A DNA stretch of 64,000 nucleotides from Eledone cirrhosa (GCA_964016885.1 OZ024740.1:212412001-212476000), one strand, 5' to 3'; counted from the stretch's first letter, positions 13,702 through 27,640 are shown. Notes: a model not told the origin generated them from the letters alone. Numbers and translations are program-made.

Positions 13702-13707
<6 letters not shown>
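13293..13707. repeat. Fold-back element (arms 13293-13451 and 13549-13707), Penelope pLTR-like
   Basis: Near-perfect inverted arms of about 159 bp, read directly. Ends in (TA)n. Confidence 0.9.
13351..13460 (-). ncRNA. Type I hammerhead ribozyme-like motif (U4C core variant)
   Basis: Minus strand reads TTGCT-CCGAAGA-[CTGA/CTGGT..ACCAG/TCAG stem II]-GAAAC-AATT-GTC-AGCAA. Stem I is TTGCT/AGCAA and loop 3 is palindromic. Confidence 0.6.
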
Positions 13708-13743
<36 letters not shown>

Positions 13744-13853
13744 GCCTGCCCACCCAGCCAGTGGGATGGCGTCATCGTATGGCTAAAATAGCACGTGCTG
13801 TGACCAGCGGCGCCGATGGGCGCCCGACAGACTGGTCGGTCAAGGTGATCAAG

Positions 13854-15078
<1,225 letters not shown>

Positions 15079-15407
15079 TATATATATATATATATAATAG
15101 ATTCACGAAACACGTGTTAGGTGTGATTACGAATAAAATGTTAAACTGAAACTTGGATCTCTCAATACAAATATATATTTCTTTTCGGAACACGCCCCCT
15201 TTCAGTTCCGAAAAGAAATATAGTGTGCTAAAATGAAAAGAATTTCTTTAGGTCACATCTTGGCATTAAACCCAAAGAGTCCTTTCCCTATTCAAGATGT
15301 GACCAAAATAAATTTGGCTGCTATTTCCAACAGGTCAAGCAACTGCAGAGAAGCAAACATATTTGTTATTATTGCTGCTTTTAGCCAAAATGTTTTTGTT
15401 GAAATTA

Positions 15408-15600
15408 ATAATTGTTTCTACTTTTGGCACAAGGCCAGCAATTATCCCAGTGCATTACTGGTACTTTATTTTATCGACCCTGTAAGGATAAAAGGCAAAG
15501 TTAACCTCGGCGGGATTTGAACTCAGACCGTAACGGGCTGTAACACTATGCTGCAAAGCATTTCGTCCGACCCTCTACCGATGCTGCCAATCCACCGCCC
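15408..15600 (-). mobile_element. tRNA-derived SINE with Deu/Nin-like core (octopus-type)
   Basis: A box TGGCAGCATCGG, B box GAGTTCAAATCC, core TTTGCCTTT.ATCCTTAC.GGGTCGATAAAATAAAGTACCAG. A partial tandem copy lies at 15612-15685. Confidence 0.8.
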
Positions 15601-15879
15601 TTGAAATTAATAATTGTTTCTACGTTTGGCACAAGGCCAGCAATTAACCAGAGCATTACTGGTACTTTATTTTATCGACCCCGTAATAATGTTTACATGA
15701 TAGGTACGTTTGTAAAAAGAACAGATTCAAAACAACGCTACCATTTAAATGAAATAGTTCAACATTAGACAATTACTAGCAGAACAACCATCCGCGGGTG
15801 GTTTTCTACTGGCATACGTAGTGTGCATATTGGTATTATACGCAAATATATATATGTAAATTGAAAAGTAAATTGATAA

Positions 15880-16325
15880 TATCTTCTTCTTCGCCCACTT
15901 ATTTCTGTCGTGGGGCAGAGTCCTTCTCAAACATCTCCAGCTAATCCAGCTGGATCCCAAAGCGTGACCAGCCAAGCTCGTGGATGTTATCCAACTATCT
16001 TGCTCGGGGTCTACCTCTGGGTCTCTTGCCGGTTGATTTTGCCTGTAAAATGTGTCCAGCGATTCTTTACTGAGACATTCTAACCACATGCTCATAATAT
16101 CGGAGTGGTGATCTCTCAACTATCAGGAATACCAGGAAGACAGCGAATTTGGCTTTTACACCTACCCTCTTCTTCTGATTGCTGAATGCTGAAGCTGCCG
16201 CATTACTGCACCAGCTTTTGCAATTGTTACACTTAATTCAGCCTCCTGCTTTCCATCACTTATGAACACGGCTCCGAGAAACTTGAACTTCTCTAACTGC
16301 TTCAGTAGAACTCCATTCACATGTA
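15880..16325 (-). mobile_element. RTE-type LINE 3' fragment
   Basis: LKQLEKFKFLG..DG...IAKA, with a (GAA)n tail on the minus strand. Copies at 22305-22755 and 23775-24430. Confidence 0.7.
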
Positions 16326-16689
16326 TATAAATTTGAGGGACTTCTGTCCACCCGTCCATCACACAATGTGTATGTGTGTTTGTGTGAATGTATGTGCATG
16401 TAAAAGGAGGGAAAGTAATACACACACATATATGTCTCTAACTTACAATCAGTGCCACACACACACATACACACACACACATGTCTCTAATTTAAGAACG
16501 CCGACAAAATCACGCGCGCGCATAACACATATATACTATAAATATACAAATCAAACTTCGTGAATCATACGGATAAAAATCTGATTCAAAGTAAAAAAGT
16601 GAATTGTCTGCGATCTTAAATTTTTTAATGAATTTATATAGTAGTATAATGTGTCTGCAAACATGAAAAGTAAATCAAAAAGCAATGTA

Positions 16690-17447
16690 TAACCTGTAAA
16701 ATAAGCCCTCATATTAACTGTAAAACTAGAAATGTAGTGTATAGCATAAGATGTACCGAAGGACAATGTAGAGACAAAAATATAGTGTGCATAGGTGAGA
16801 CAGCTCGTAGTGTAGGGGAACGGATAAATGAACACTGGCGAGACCTTCAAGATAGTAAAGAATCATCTGTACTCTACCAACATGCTAAAATAGAACACAA
16901 GGGTAAATTAGAGAACATAGAAATAAAAATAGAATCTACACACAGAAAAGACGCAATGTTTCGACAAATTACAGAGGCAATAAACATAAAAGAATTACAA
17001 CCAAAATTAAATAGAAAATATGAGTGGAACAGCAACATCACAACTTACAATTAAGGACAAAATGAAAACACACACACACATAGAACAAACAACCAACCAG
17101 TAACATGTAAATAAACAAATAAATAAATGAACATAAACACACACAGACACCCGGATGTGGCGCATGCGCAGACTGAGCACACAACACACACACAGAAACA
17201 AATTGGCGTAGGACAGAACAAAGGAGAGGCACAGAAACAAAGAAAGGAATCCCCAGTCACTGTAGAGGTCACAGAGTGTGTGATGAAAGAACTATGACAA
17301 TATATAAACAACTATCTGGTTGTGGAACCAACCAACCAACCAGAAACTTATAAATTTATAAATTTATTATAAATTTATTATAATAAATTGAAGTGAAAGC
17401 AACTGGTGCGTGTGTTTCTTATTGGCAACATGACCCTCCCAAAGTAT

Positions 17448-17450
<3 letters not shown>
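16690..17450 (+). mobile_element. Penelope-like element GIY-YIG C-terminus plus 3' region
   Basis: VYSIRC..C...CIGETARSVGERINEH..SVLYQH..RQITEAINI..LNRKYEW, followed by (TA)n. Confidence 0.75.
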
Positions 17451-17501
<51 letters not shown>

Positions 17502-18616
17502 CCCCTACCAACATGGATAATAAAAAGCATAAATCACTGAAACGTAAAGAGTGACATGAAGCAGAAAGGCAGGAGTCAGCCAAGCGGTCTATTACAGATT
17601 TTATAATACCGCAACCACTATCCACATCAATGTCCAGTTCTGCAACAAATAATCAAGAAACAAGAAACAATACCCATGGGGATGATGCAGTGACATGTGA
17701 GTTGTAAGAACAGGGAGGAGTTACTTTGGATGTAGAGACATACATGTGCATCCTTTTCTAATCAACCCAGGTCCAGTACTATTTCTGTCTTCATCGTTCC
17801 GGTATCTGTACTGCCTGTAGTTGCAACATCGGAGTACATAGCTTTAACTAGTGACGGAGGATCGGATATTACTTGAGACATAAATGACTTAGTTTCTAAT
17901 GCACATTCTGTAAATGAACTTTTACAAGAAAATGAAAGATCAGCTACTGGAATCTTCGAACGTCCATCATGATCAAATCTGGAAACTGTTTTTTACTGAA
18001 CATCCATGTCAGCCTACTGTTTGATGCGCGTTTGTATGAGAGGAAAATTATGAATGACTCAGTCTCAAGAAACTGGCTTAAATATAACAAAGAAGATGAA
18101 TGGATATTTCATCCATAGATCAGATTAGCATTGTTATTCGGTATGTGCTTCAAGGGGTTACCTGTGAGCTACTACTTTCAGTTTTGCCAAGTACTGATTG
18201 CACAGGACAGATTTTTTTTATCTATTGACTGTAAAACTACAGCATTTTAAAATTGACCCCAAAATGTTGTGTACCTACAGTTTCCTTTTTTCAATTTGCT
18301 CCAGAATTTAGTAACTTTTGTAAAGGCATCATACAAGAAAATGGGTGTATGGATAGAAGTTGTTGGCAATCATCTAGGACAAGAAATAATGAAACCATTA
18401 AAACTAATTGGTATGCACGTATACATACTTATATATATATATATATATATAAAGAATTAGTATATCTACCAATATATATATACAGATGTATACCTATGCT
18501 AGCAAATATATAGGTTTTGTCTTAGTAACTTTGTGGTTCAATGCAAGGGGATGCAGAACAATTATATGAAAGACGTAAAATAAGAAAATTATAAAAATTT
18601 ACTTACTAAAATTTCA

Positions 18617-18700
18617 CTCCAACTAATTAGTTTCTGAAAGGGAATAAACATGGTTTCCGATTGGAACAACATGGAGAAATATCCTTTCGTCATCAGGGAG
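18617..18700 (-). ncRNA. Type I hammerhead ribozyme motif
   Basis: CTCC-CTGATGA-cGAAAGG...CCTTTCa-GAAAC-TAATTA-GTT-GGAG: canonical core with all three stems. Confidence 0.72.
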
Positions 18701-18924
18701 ATCTGTTCTCAGCTAAGTTCCCAGGCAAAGCGTGGACACAGGGAACTTATACAAAAATAATTCAGTGGATGGAAAAAAGCAAGCGAGGACTAGATTCCAG
18801 GATATTGAAAAAATCACTGCCTACTTAGTCGGTGGCGAATTCATCCACGGTGACATCCACTGAATTATTTTTGTATAAGTTCCCTGTGTCCACGCTTTGC
18901 CTGGGAACTTAGCTGAGAACAGAT

Positions 18925-19010
18925 CGCCCTGATGACGAAAGGATATTTCTCCATGTTGTTCCAATCGGAAACCATGTTTATTCCCTTTCAGAAACTAATT
19001 AGTTGGAGCG
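18925..19010 (+). ncRNA. Type I hammerhead ribozyme motif (mirror copy)
   Basis: CGCC-CTGATGA(18929-18935)...GAAAC(18991)-TAATTA-GTT-GGAG, with one stem-I mismatch. Confidence 0.65.
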
Positions 19011-19057
19011 AAATTTTAGTAAGTAAATTTTTATAATTTTCTTATGTTACGTCTTTC

Positions 19058-19089
<32 letters not shown>

Positions 19090-19339
19090 CGAGAGAGAGA
19101 GAGGGGGATAATTTTATTCACAGTTGTATAAATAGCATTGCAAATATTGATAGAAATATGAAAGAAATAGTAAAAAAAAAAAAGGATAAAAACGAAACCA
19201 AGCAACGAAGAGCCAAAAGGAGGCGTAAAGAAGGGCAGATCTGACTGGATAGGAAAGTAGGAGAAAGGGCTATAAATACCATAAATGAGAGGAAAAGGAC
19301 TATGAGGTTAGAAAAGGACTACGAGGTTACAAAAAGCAA

Positions 19340-21100
19340 GGACTATGAGGTTACAGAAGAAATTGAGGGGAAGGGGAGAGGGTGATAGGCACAATGCCTG
19401 GGAAGGGTGGTGTTCGGGCTGCACTCTGCGGACAAAACTGCAAGGGCATTACCGCAGACAATGGCCAGCGACACCCGCTGCAACAACCACCTCACCTCGC
19501 AGGGTACCTTCCTCAGACGGGCTGCTGACAATCATATTTTACGCAGGAGAAGGGCAGTATGGTATCCGAGGACGCCTGAGGTCTCGACGGCGACCGGTAC
19601 GAAGAGGAAGAGGCCGGACAAGCCCCGGTATTTAGTTGCCTTCCTGTCCTCTACATTACGGGCCTCAGTCTATGGTTGAAGCGACTAAGTTGGAGATGGA
19701 GAACATGTCACAGCATGTGTCAGCTCAGATGAGGGATTTACCTCCTTTGAATGGGAAGGGGGTAATTCCGTCAGAGCGTTTGCTCCATTGTTGAGGCCTG
19801 CTGGCTCCAGTTGTGATATAAACCTTACAAATAAACCGAACCAAAATACACGATCAATGCGACAGAAAGAAAGGGAAACAAAATCAAAACCGGCCATTAA
19901 TTCACTACCAATGCGACAACGGAATTTTTTTAGGTAAGCCAACACGGGTGATGGCGAGGCTCAGGCGCTGAAACAACCAGACACCCTCAAGGGCATCACC
20001 TGACATCTCCATAAGGTGAGCCGCCAACGATGACAAGAACTTTGCTGTCAGCGGTCCAGCTCCGCCAAACATCTCGAACGCCACAGGCTGGAAAAATAAT
20101 GATTTGATAGTTCTCGGTATTTTCTGATTTTATTCTGTTTGGTGGCAATCGAAGCAGTGACCCTCACATTTAACACGACATCCATGATGTGAGAGGGAGC
20201 AAAAGAGTCACAGATTGTGGCGTTCCAGATGAGACATTTGCCTGTTATCCAGGGACTAAGGGTAAGGCCGTCTGGTCTCTCCCCATGACTTCTGAATAAT
20301 CCAGCTGGCTCCAATTCTGAGGGGTATTTACTCGAGCTAGAGCCCGCTTAATGATCATGTTTATCTCGGTGTGACAGACGAAGCAACAAGTATTCAGGCC
20401 ACAGGACAAACCGTGGAGGCCTGTGGGGTCGTGGGACCTTCCACAACGATATTTCAAATCCCAACAGACATCGGTTCCCACTTGGGGTGCAATGGAGATC
20501 TGGAGCTCGTCCTGACTAAACAAGAATAGTTTCTGCCAATCCGAAATGTTGTTGGATAAGCAAACATTCTTCAGCAGCTTGGAGAGAGTAGGGACGAAAC
20601 TGGTCCGAGCTCCCTTTGGGATTCTGTTGATGAGTTTCAACTTAAACTCGCCCTGGAGGGCAGCGGAAAAATCGTCAACAGGGATCTGAACGTCGGAGTT
20701 AGGTTCTGACCTCCAATATAAGTCGGAGCTGAAGTGACATTGGTTTCACGTCTGGTTTGAAAAATTTCGGCATTAGAATTGGGATTCAGACGGGGAGGAG
20801 AAGTTGGTGGGGGTAAGGTAACTATAGAGGTAGAGGGAGGAATCAGGCGAACAGCATTAACTCTGGCTTTGGGGCTCGGTTGGGGGAAAGGTGACGTTGG
20901 AGGCAAGCTAGGTGTTACAGGAGTGGTGGGGTGAATAAATGGATGAATAGGGCTAATTTTGGTTGAATTCGATGATGGAGGGGTAGGGAACGGGATGACA
21001 AAGGCTGATAGGATGTTACGAAACCGACCATCAATGTTAAATCTACCATTGGATGGGCATAGAAAAGGGATGCATGGACCGTACGGGAATAGGAGGTTGG
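19340..21100 (-). mobile_element. CRE-like RLE retrotransposon remnants (internally deleted, two C-terminal ends)
   Basis: RIPKGAR..WQKLFLF fused to C..CG...HGLSC, then RPDGLTLSPW..CLIWNAT, KIRKY and LFQRLSLAI. A second end LLQRVSLAIVCGNA lies at 19340-19540. Confidence 0.7.
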
Positions 21101-21448
21101 GAGCGAGCTAAAACAGAGAAATAGATTCTGTATTTGTGGCGAAATGTATGCAAGATGTTAAGATGAATGTTGTGTGTAAACATTTAAAACAGGAAATTCA
21201 ATATGAGAGTAAAAACTGCAAAAATAGAACAGTGAGGCACTAAAACATTGAAGAGAGGAATTTGAAACTGAAAAAGGAATTTTGAGATGTACCAAAAACG
21301 AGGAAATGTGTTTGTAAACGTTTAAAACAATAAATTCGATAAAAGTCCTAAATTTAGAACTGCGAGATATTAAAATATTGAAGAGGGGGAGTTAAAACTG
21401 AAGAAAGAACGTAAAAAGAAATCCTCAGATGTACCAAAAACAGTGAAA

Positions 21449-21504
<56 letters not shown>

Positions 21505-21832
21505 ATATATATATATATATAATAGATTCACGAAACACGTGTTAGGTGTGATTACGAATAAAATGTTAAACTGAAACTTGGATCTCTCAATACAAATATA
21601 TATTTCTTTTCGGAACACGCCCCCTTTCAGTTCCGAAAAGAAATATAGTGTGCTAAAATGAAAAGAAGTTCTTTAGGTCACATCTTGGCATTAAACCCAA
21701 AGAGTCCTTTCCCTATTCAAGATGTGACCAAAATAAATTTGGCTGCTATTTCCAACAGGTCAAGCAACTGCATAGAAGCAAACATATTTGTTATTATTGC
21801 TGCTTTTAGCCAAAATGTTTTTGTTGAAATTA

Positions 21833-22026
21833 ATAATTGTTTCTACTTTTGGCACAAGGCCAGCAATTATCCCAGTGCATTACTGGTACTTTATTTTATC
21901 GACCCTGTAAGGATAAAAGGCAAAGTTAACCTCGGCGGGATTTGAACTCAGACCTTAACGGGCTGTAACACTATGCTGCAAAGCATTTCGTCCGACCCTC
22001 TACCGATGCTGCCAATCCATCGCCCT
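21833..22026 (-). mobile_element. SINE, same family
   Basis: Duplicate of 15408-15600. Confidence 0.8.
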
Positions 22027-22903
22027 TGAAATTAATAATTGTTTCTACGTTTGGCACAAGGCCAGCAATTAACCAGAGCATTACTGGTACTTTATTTTAT
22101 CGACCCCGTAATAATGTTTACATGATAGGTACGTTTGTAAAAAGAACAGATTCAAAACAACGCTACCATTTAAATGAAATAGTTCAACATTAGACATTAC
22201 TAGCAGAACAACCATCCGCGGGTGGTTTTCTACTGGCATATGTAGTGTGCATATTGGTATTATACGCAAATATATATATGTAAATTGAAAAGTAAATTGA
22301 TAATATCTTCTTCTTCGCCCACTTATTTCTGAGAGGGTCGTGGAGAAGAGTCCTTCTCAAACATCTCCAGCTAATCCAGCTGGATCCCAAAGCGTGACCA
22401 GCCAAGCTCATGGAAGTTATCCAACTATCTTGCTCGGGGTCTATCTCTGGGTCTCTTGCCGGTTGATTTTGCCTGTAAAATGTGTCCAGCGATTCTCTAC
22501 TGAGACATTCTAACCACATACTCATAATATCGGAGTTGTGATCCCTCAACTATCAGGAATACCAGGAAGACAGCGAATTTGGCTTTTACACCTACCCTCT
22601 TCTTCTGATTGCTGAATGCTGAAGCTGCCGCATTACTGCACCAGCTTTTGCAATTGTTACACTTAATTCAGCCTCCTGCCTTCCATCACTTATGAACACA
22701 GCCCCGAGATACTTGAACTTCTCTAACTGCTTCAGTAGAACTCCATTCACATGTATATAAATTTGAGGGACTTCTGTCCACCCGTCCATCACACAATGTG
22801 TATGTGTGTTTGTGTGAATGTATGTGCATGTAAAAGGAGGGAAAGTGATACACACACATATATGTCTCTAACTTACAATCAGTGCCACACACACACACAC
22901 ACA

Positions 22904-22958
<55 letters not shown>

Positions 22959-23009
22959 CTCTAATTTAAGAACGCCGACAAAATCACGCGCGCGCACATA
23001 CACTCACTG

Positions 23010-23470
23010 TCCTATTAACACTTAGGAGCTTTGGCCCGAGCAAACATCCCTTCAATTTTGGAACCGTCTGGGTTGTCCAGATGGGAAAAGACTTGACGGT
23101 CTTACTCTGTGCTCCTGGTCAAGAGGCAGGTGTCTTACCTGGGACGTCACAGTTAGTGACTCTTTTGCTTCTTCCCACATCCTGGATGCAGCGGTAAGGG
23201 CGAGAGCTACAGCATCCGCAGCTGAACAGAACAAAATCCTAAAATACCGTGTTCTCTCTGCTAACTACATTATCCAGCCTGTGACGTTCAAGATGTTTGG
23301 GGGAGTCGGGCTACTGACAGCGAGGTTCTTATCTTCATTGGCGGCTCGACAAACAGAGGTAACTGGTGATGCTCGTGAGGGCACTTGGTTGTTCCAGCAC
23401 CTCAGCCTCGCCATCACCTCGGGTAACGCTGCAAGCGTGCTGGCTTCCTCAAAAATTAATAGAGAGGTTT
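23010..23470 (+). mobile_element. CRE-like RLE endonuclease fragment
   Basis: DGKRLDGLTL..W..G..LTWDVTV..KILKY..LFQHLSLAITSGNA. Confidence 0.7.
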
Positions 23471-23774
23471 CCCAGTGCTCCTCGCTATATTGTTATCTTT
23501 TGCTCTGGTAGCGGCTCGTTTGTCCAGCCCTTTCGCCTGCATTTTGTTCTATGTGGGCTATGTGGTCTAAGATGTGTGTATTACGTGTTTGTGTATTTTT
23601 GGCTCTTTCTTTTTTTCTTTTTCCCTTTCCTTTGTATATATTATATTTGTCAGTGTTTTCGTTCCAAACCGCCCTTCATGTGGTTTTCTGCTAGCATATG
23701 TAGTGTGCATATTGGTATTATACGCAAATATATATGCATATAGATATATGTAAATTGAAAAGTAAATTGACAAT

Positions 23775-24430
23775 ATCTTCTTCTTCACCCACTTATTTCT
23801 GAGAGGGTCGTGGGGGCAGAGTCCTTCTCAAACACTCCTTCCAGCAAGTCTGTCAGTAGCAAACATCTCTAACTGATCCAGCTGGATCCTAAAGCGTAAC
23901 CAGCCAAGCTCATGGTTGTTATCCAACTATCTTGCTCAGAGTCTACCCCTGGGTCTCTTGCCGGTTGGTTTTGCCTGTAAAATCTGTCCAGCGATTCTTT
24001 ACTGAGACATTCTAACCACATGGTCATAATATCGAAGTTGTGATCTCTCAATTCGGAGAAGTAGCGGCTCTACCAGGAGTGACTCTCTGGTCCCTGAACT
24101 ATGCACTTTATCGAGTAACGTTACTCCAAGGACCCTTCGGAGGAATCCCATTTCTGCCGCTTTTATTTGCAATTGTATTATTTTGGTCATTACTCAAGAG
24201 TCATGATCCCCGGTAAGAGTTGGCAGGAATACCAGGAAGACAGCGAGTTTGGCTTTTACACCTACCCCCCCCCCCTTCATCTGATTGCTGAATGCTGAGG
24301 CTGGCGCATTACTGCATCACCTTTTGCAATTCTTGCACTTAATTAAGCCTCCTGCCTTCCATCACTCATGAACACGGTTCCAAGATACTTACATTTCTCG
24401 AACTTCTTCAGTAGAACTCCTTTCACATGT
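23775..24430 (-). mobile_element. RTE-type LINE 3' fragment (less deleted copy)
   Basis: AAEMGFLRRVLGVTLLDKV..VEPLLLRIERSQLRY. Confidence 0.75.
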
Positions 24431-24629
24431 ATATAAATTTGAGGGACTTCTGTCCACCCGTCCATCACGCGATATGTATGTGTGTTTGTGTGAATGTATG
24501 TGTGTGTAAAAGGAAGGAAAGGGATACACATATATATATATGTATAATTTAAAAACAGTGACACATACACGTGTCTCTAATTTAAGAACGCCGACAAAAT
24601 CACGCGCGCGCACATACACACACTGTCCT

Positions 24630-25090
24630 ATTACCACTTAAGAACTTTGGCCCGAGCAAACATCCCCTCAATTTTGGAACCGTCTGGGTTGTCCTGAATT
24701 GATGGGAAAAGACTTGACGGTCTTACTCTGTGCTCCTGGTCAAGAGGCAGGTGTCTTACCTGGGACGTCACAGTTAGTGACTCTTTTGCTTCTTCCCATA
24801 TCCTGGATGCAACGGTAAGGGCGAGAGCTACAGCTTCCGCAGCTGAACGGAACAACATCCTAAAATACCGTGTTCTGTCAGCTAACTACATAATCCAGCC
24901 TGTGGCGTTCGAGACGTTTGGGGGAGTCGGGCTACTGACAGTGATGTTCTTATCTTCACTGGCGGCTCACCAAACAGAGGTAACTGGTGATGCTTGTGAG
25001 GGCACTTGGTTGTTCCAGTACCTCAGCCTCGCCATCACCCCAGGTAACGCTGCGAGCGTGCTGGCTTCCTCAGAAATTATTAGAGAGGTT
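24630..25090 (+). mobile_element. CRE-like RLE fragment (duplicate of 23010-23470)
   Basis: High nucleotide similarity. PVAFETFGG..LFQYLSLAITPGNA. Confidence 0.7.
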
Positions 25091-25255
25091 TCCCAGTGCT
25101 CCTCGCTATATTGCTATCTTTTGCTCTGCTAGTGGCTCGTTTGTCCACTCTTTCGCCTGCATTTTGTTCTATGTGGTCTAAGATGTGTGTATTACCTGCT
25201 TGTGTATTTTTCTCGTTTTTTTTCCTTTCCCTTTCATTTGTATATATTATATTGA

Positions 25256-25640
25256 ATAGGCAGTATCAGTAGAAGGTCGGACGCCATACTTTACAACATA
25301 GTTACGTTCTTTACGGTCTGAGTTCAAATCCCGTCGAGGTTAACTTTGCCTTTCATCCTTACGGGGCCGATAAAATAAAGTACCAGTAATGCACTGGATA
25401 ATTGCTGGCCTTGTGCCAAAAGTAGAAACAATTATTAAAACAATTATTATTATGGTGGATTGGCAGTATCGGTAGAGGGTCGGATGCATGCTTTGCAGCA
25501 TAGAGTTACGGCCCTTTACGATCTGAGTTCAAATCCAACCGGGGTTAACTCTGCCTTTCATCCTTACGGGGTCGATAAAATAAATTACCAGTAATACACT
25601 GGGATAATTGCTGGCCTTGTGCCAAAAGTAGAAACAATTA
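25256..25640 (+). mobile_element. Two tandem SINE copies
   Basis: A/B boxes and core at 25256-25432 and 25453-25640. Confidence 0.8.
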
Positions 25641-25674
25641 TATTTGTTAGTGTTTTCGTTCTGTAACCATTATA

Positions 25675-26872
25675 TTAAATGAGTTTTTAAAAAAAGAGTT
25701 AATAAATAAATAAAGAATTAATGAATAAATAAAACGTTATACTTGTTTTCCAATTCACCGAACGCTGCTATCATGAATGTATGTGTGTGTGTTTATGTAA
25801 ATGTGTGTATGTTTGTGTGAAAGTATGTGTGAAAGTATGTGTATTTGCGTGAATGTCCGTGAGCGTCTATTTTTATAAGTTTGTGTTTGCGCGATTATAC
25901 TTATATACTCATAATAGTTATATACTCAAACATATAGTTGTATGTATGTGCACACTCATACGCGTCAGCGTGTAGAAAATCATAATCTCTCTATCTCTCT
26001 CATCACACACTCTCTCTTTCTATATATATGGTAGTTGAAGTGGTGGTGGTGGCAACGATACACCGGAAGTGTAGAAATGTGAATGAAAATTTGAAAAGAA
26101 GTCAATTTTAAATTATTTATAGTTACGAAATTTAGTTTCGAAATTTAGGGCGTAAATTACGTAATATTCATTCATTATTTATTCAAAGTAATCCAACTTA
26201 TTTTACTAACTGGATTAAAAGAAATAAACCGTACGCAGTCCCGCAGACCTTACTTTATTATAGTTTAGATTTTTATACAAATGAGTTTTAAAAAAAGAGT
26301 TAAACTGTGTTGTTAATAAATAAGTAGAACGTTATACTTGTTTTACCCTCCCATTTCCAATTCATCGAACGCTGCTATCATGTTTGTTGTATGTGTGTTT
26401 GTTTAAATGTATGTGTGTGAAAATATGTGTATTTGTGTGAATGTATGTTCTTGAGCGTGTATAAGTTTTATAAGTTTGTGTTTGCGCGATTATAGTTATA
26501 TACTCATAATAGTTATATACTCATACATATAAATGTATGTATGTACATATACATACGCGTCAGCGTGCTGAAAATCGTAATCGCTCTATCTGTATCTCTC
26601 TCCTCACACACTCTCTCTTTCTATATATATGGTAGTTGAAGTGGTGGGCGTGGCGGCGATATACCAGAAGTGTAGAAATTTGAAATTTTGAAAAGAAGTC
26701 AATTTTAAATAAGCAATAAAATCATTTATATTAAATTTAATAAAAATTTAGTACATAAATTATGTAATATTCATTCATTATTTATTCAAAGTAATCCAAC
26801 TTATTTTACAAACGGGATAAAAAGAAATAAACCGTACGCAGTCCCGCACTCCTTACTTTATTATAGTTAAGA
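25675..26872 (-). mobile_element. Tandem pair of roughly 600-bp non-autonomous Helitron-like units
   Basis: Two diverged direct repeats (25675-26269, 26278-26872). Each begins on the minus strand with A^TCT.AACTATAATAAAG, a Helitron-type 5' end. Confidence 0.55.
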
Positions 26873-26873
26873 T

Positions 26874-27443
26874 ATAACGGCTATCTGGCCCTGTGCCGTG
26901 CTAAAGGGTAGATGTGTATTTGTATACACCTTTCAACTGCGGACGTTTTATATTCTTGATAATTCTAATTTATTTCGATATTGTTAGAGACTTGGCTCCT
27001 TGGACAACACATCCACACAAACACTCACACACAAACACTCACTCACACATACACACTCACAAAAGTGCAGCCAATCATCTAAGAACGATAGTTAAAAATA
27101 ATTATTACATACACACACATCTACACAATCATACACATAAACAGACTCAGAGAAAATAACCATCACATGCACACACATATGTGTGTGAGTATGTGTGTGT
27201 GTATATACATTTATATGTATGAGTAACACAGGTGTAGCGAACGCTGTTCTCTGTTTTCTATAGTTTGTCACAGTCCTCTTCCTTCCACACTCATCACATA
27301 GATGTGTGTGTATGTAATCATTATTTTGTATAATGTATATGTTTATGTATATGTATGTATTCATATTCAAATACTGAAACAGATGAGTTACCTCTCTTTG
27401 CGTGACGTACAAAAACACGAGAGCATTATATATATATTATAGA
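26874..27443 (-). mobile_element. Non-autonomous Helitron-like element
   Basis: Minus-strand 5' end A^TCTATAATATATATATAATG and a degenerate 3' hairpin near 26885-26910. Confidence 0.45.
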
Positions 27444-27449
27444 TTATAA

Positions 27450-27640
27450 AGGCGGTGGATTGCCAGTATCGGTAGAGGGTCGGACGCCATGCTTTGCAGC
27501 ATAGAGTTATGTCCCTTTACGGTCTGAGTTCAAATCCCGACTAGTTTAACTTTGCCTTTCATCCTTACGGGGTCGATAAAATAAAGTACCAGTAATGCAC
27601 TGGGATGATTGATGGCCTTGTGCCAAAAGTAGAAATAATT
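27450..27640 (+). mobile_element. SINE, same family
   Basis: GGCGGTGGATTG..GAGTTCAAATCC..core..CCAAAAGTAGAAA. Confidence 0.8.

Larger units (their letters stand above)
15095..16521 (+). repeat. Segmental duplication, copy 1 (copy 2 at 21520-22994)
   Basis: Colinear near-identical sequence including the SINE, the RTE fragment and the unique joins. Confidence 0.9.
18563..19062. repeat. Fold-back element (arms 18563-18771 and 18854-19062)
   Basis: Near-perfect inverted arms of about 209 bp. Ends in (TA)n. Confidence 0.9.
22215..25250 (+). repeat. Older tandem duplication of a roughly 1.6-kb RTE+CRE composite unit
   Basis: 22215-23680 is colinear with 23680-25250; for example CACGCGCGCGCACATACAC occurs at 22986 and 24601. 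Confidence 0.8.

Noticed and set aside
15408-15600. tRNA genes
   Set aside because: The A/B boxes belong to SINE heads that continue into a SINE core; there is no complete cloverleaf.
17290-17360. Hammerhead in the PLE 3' region
   Set aside because: A stem plus GAAAC is present, but no CTGANGA is correctly placed.
17510-18240. hAT/zinc-finger transposase remnant
   Set aside because: Only a vague resemblance with many stops; it cannot be supported without a search.
18281-18410. Extra exon of the HtrL-like gene (CAG|...|GTATGC)
   Set aside because: Its 130 nt would shift the phase relative to exon 3, and it has no recognisable homology.
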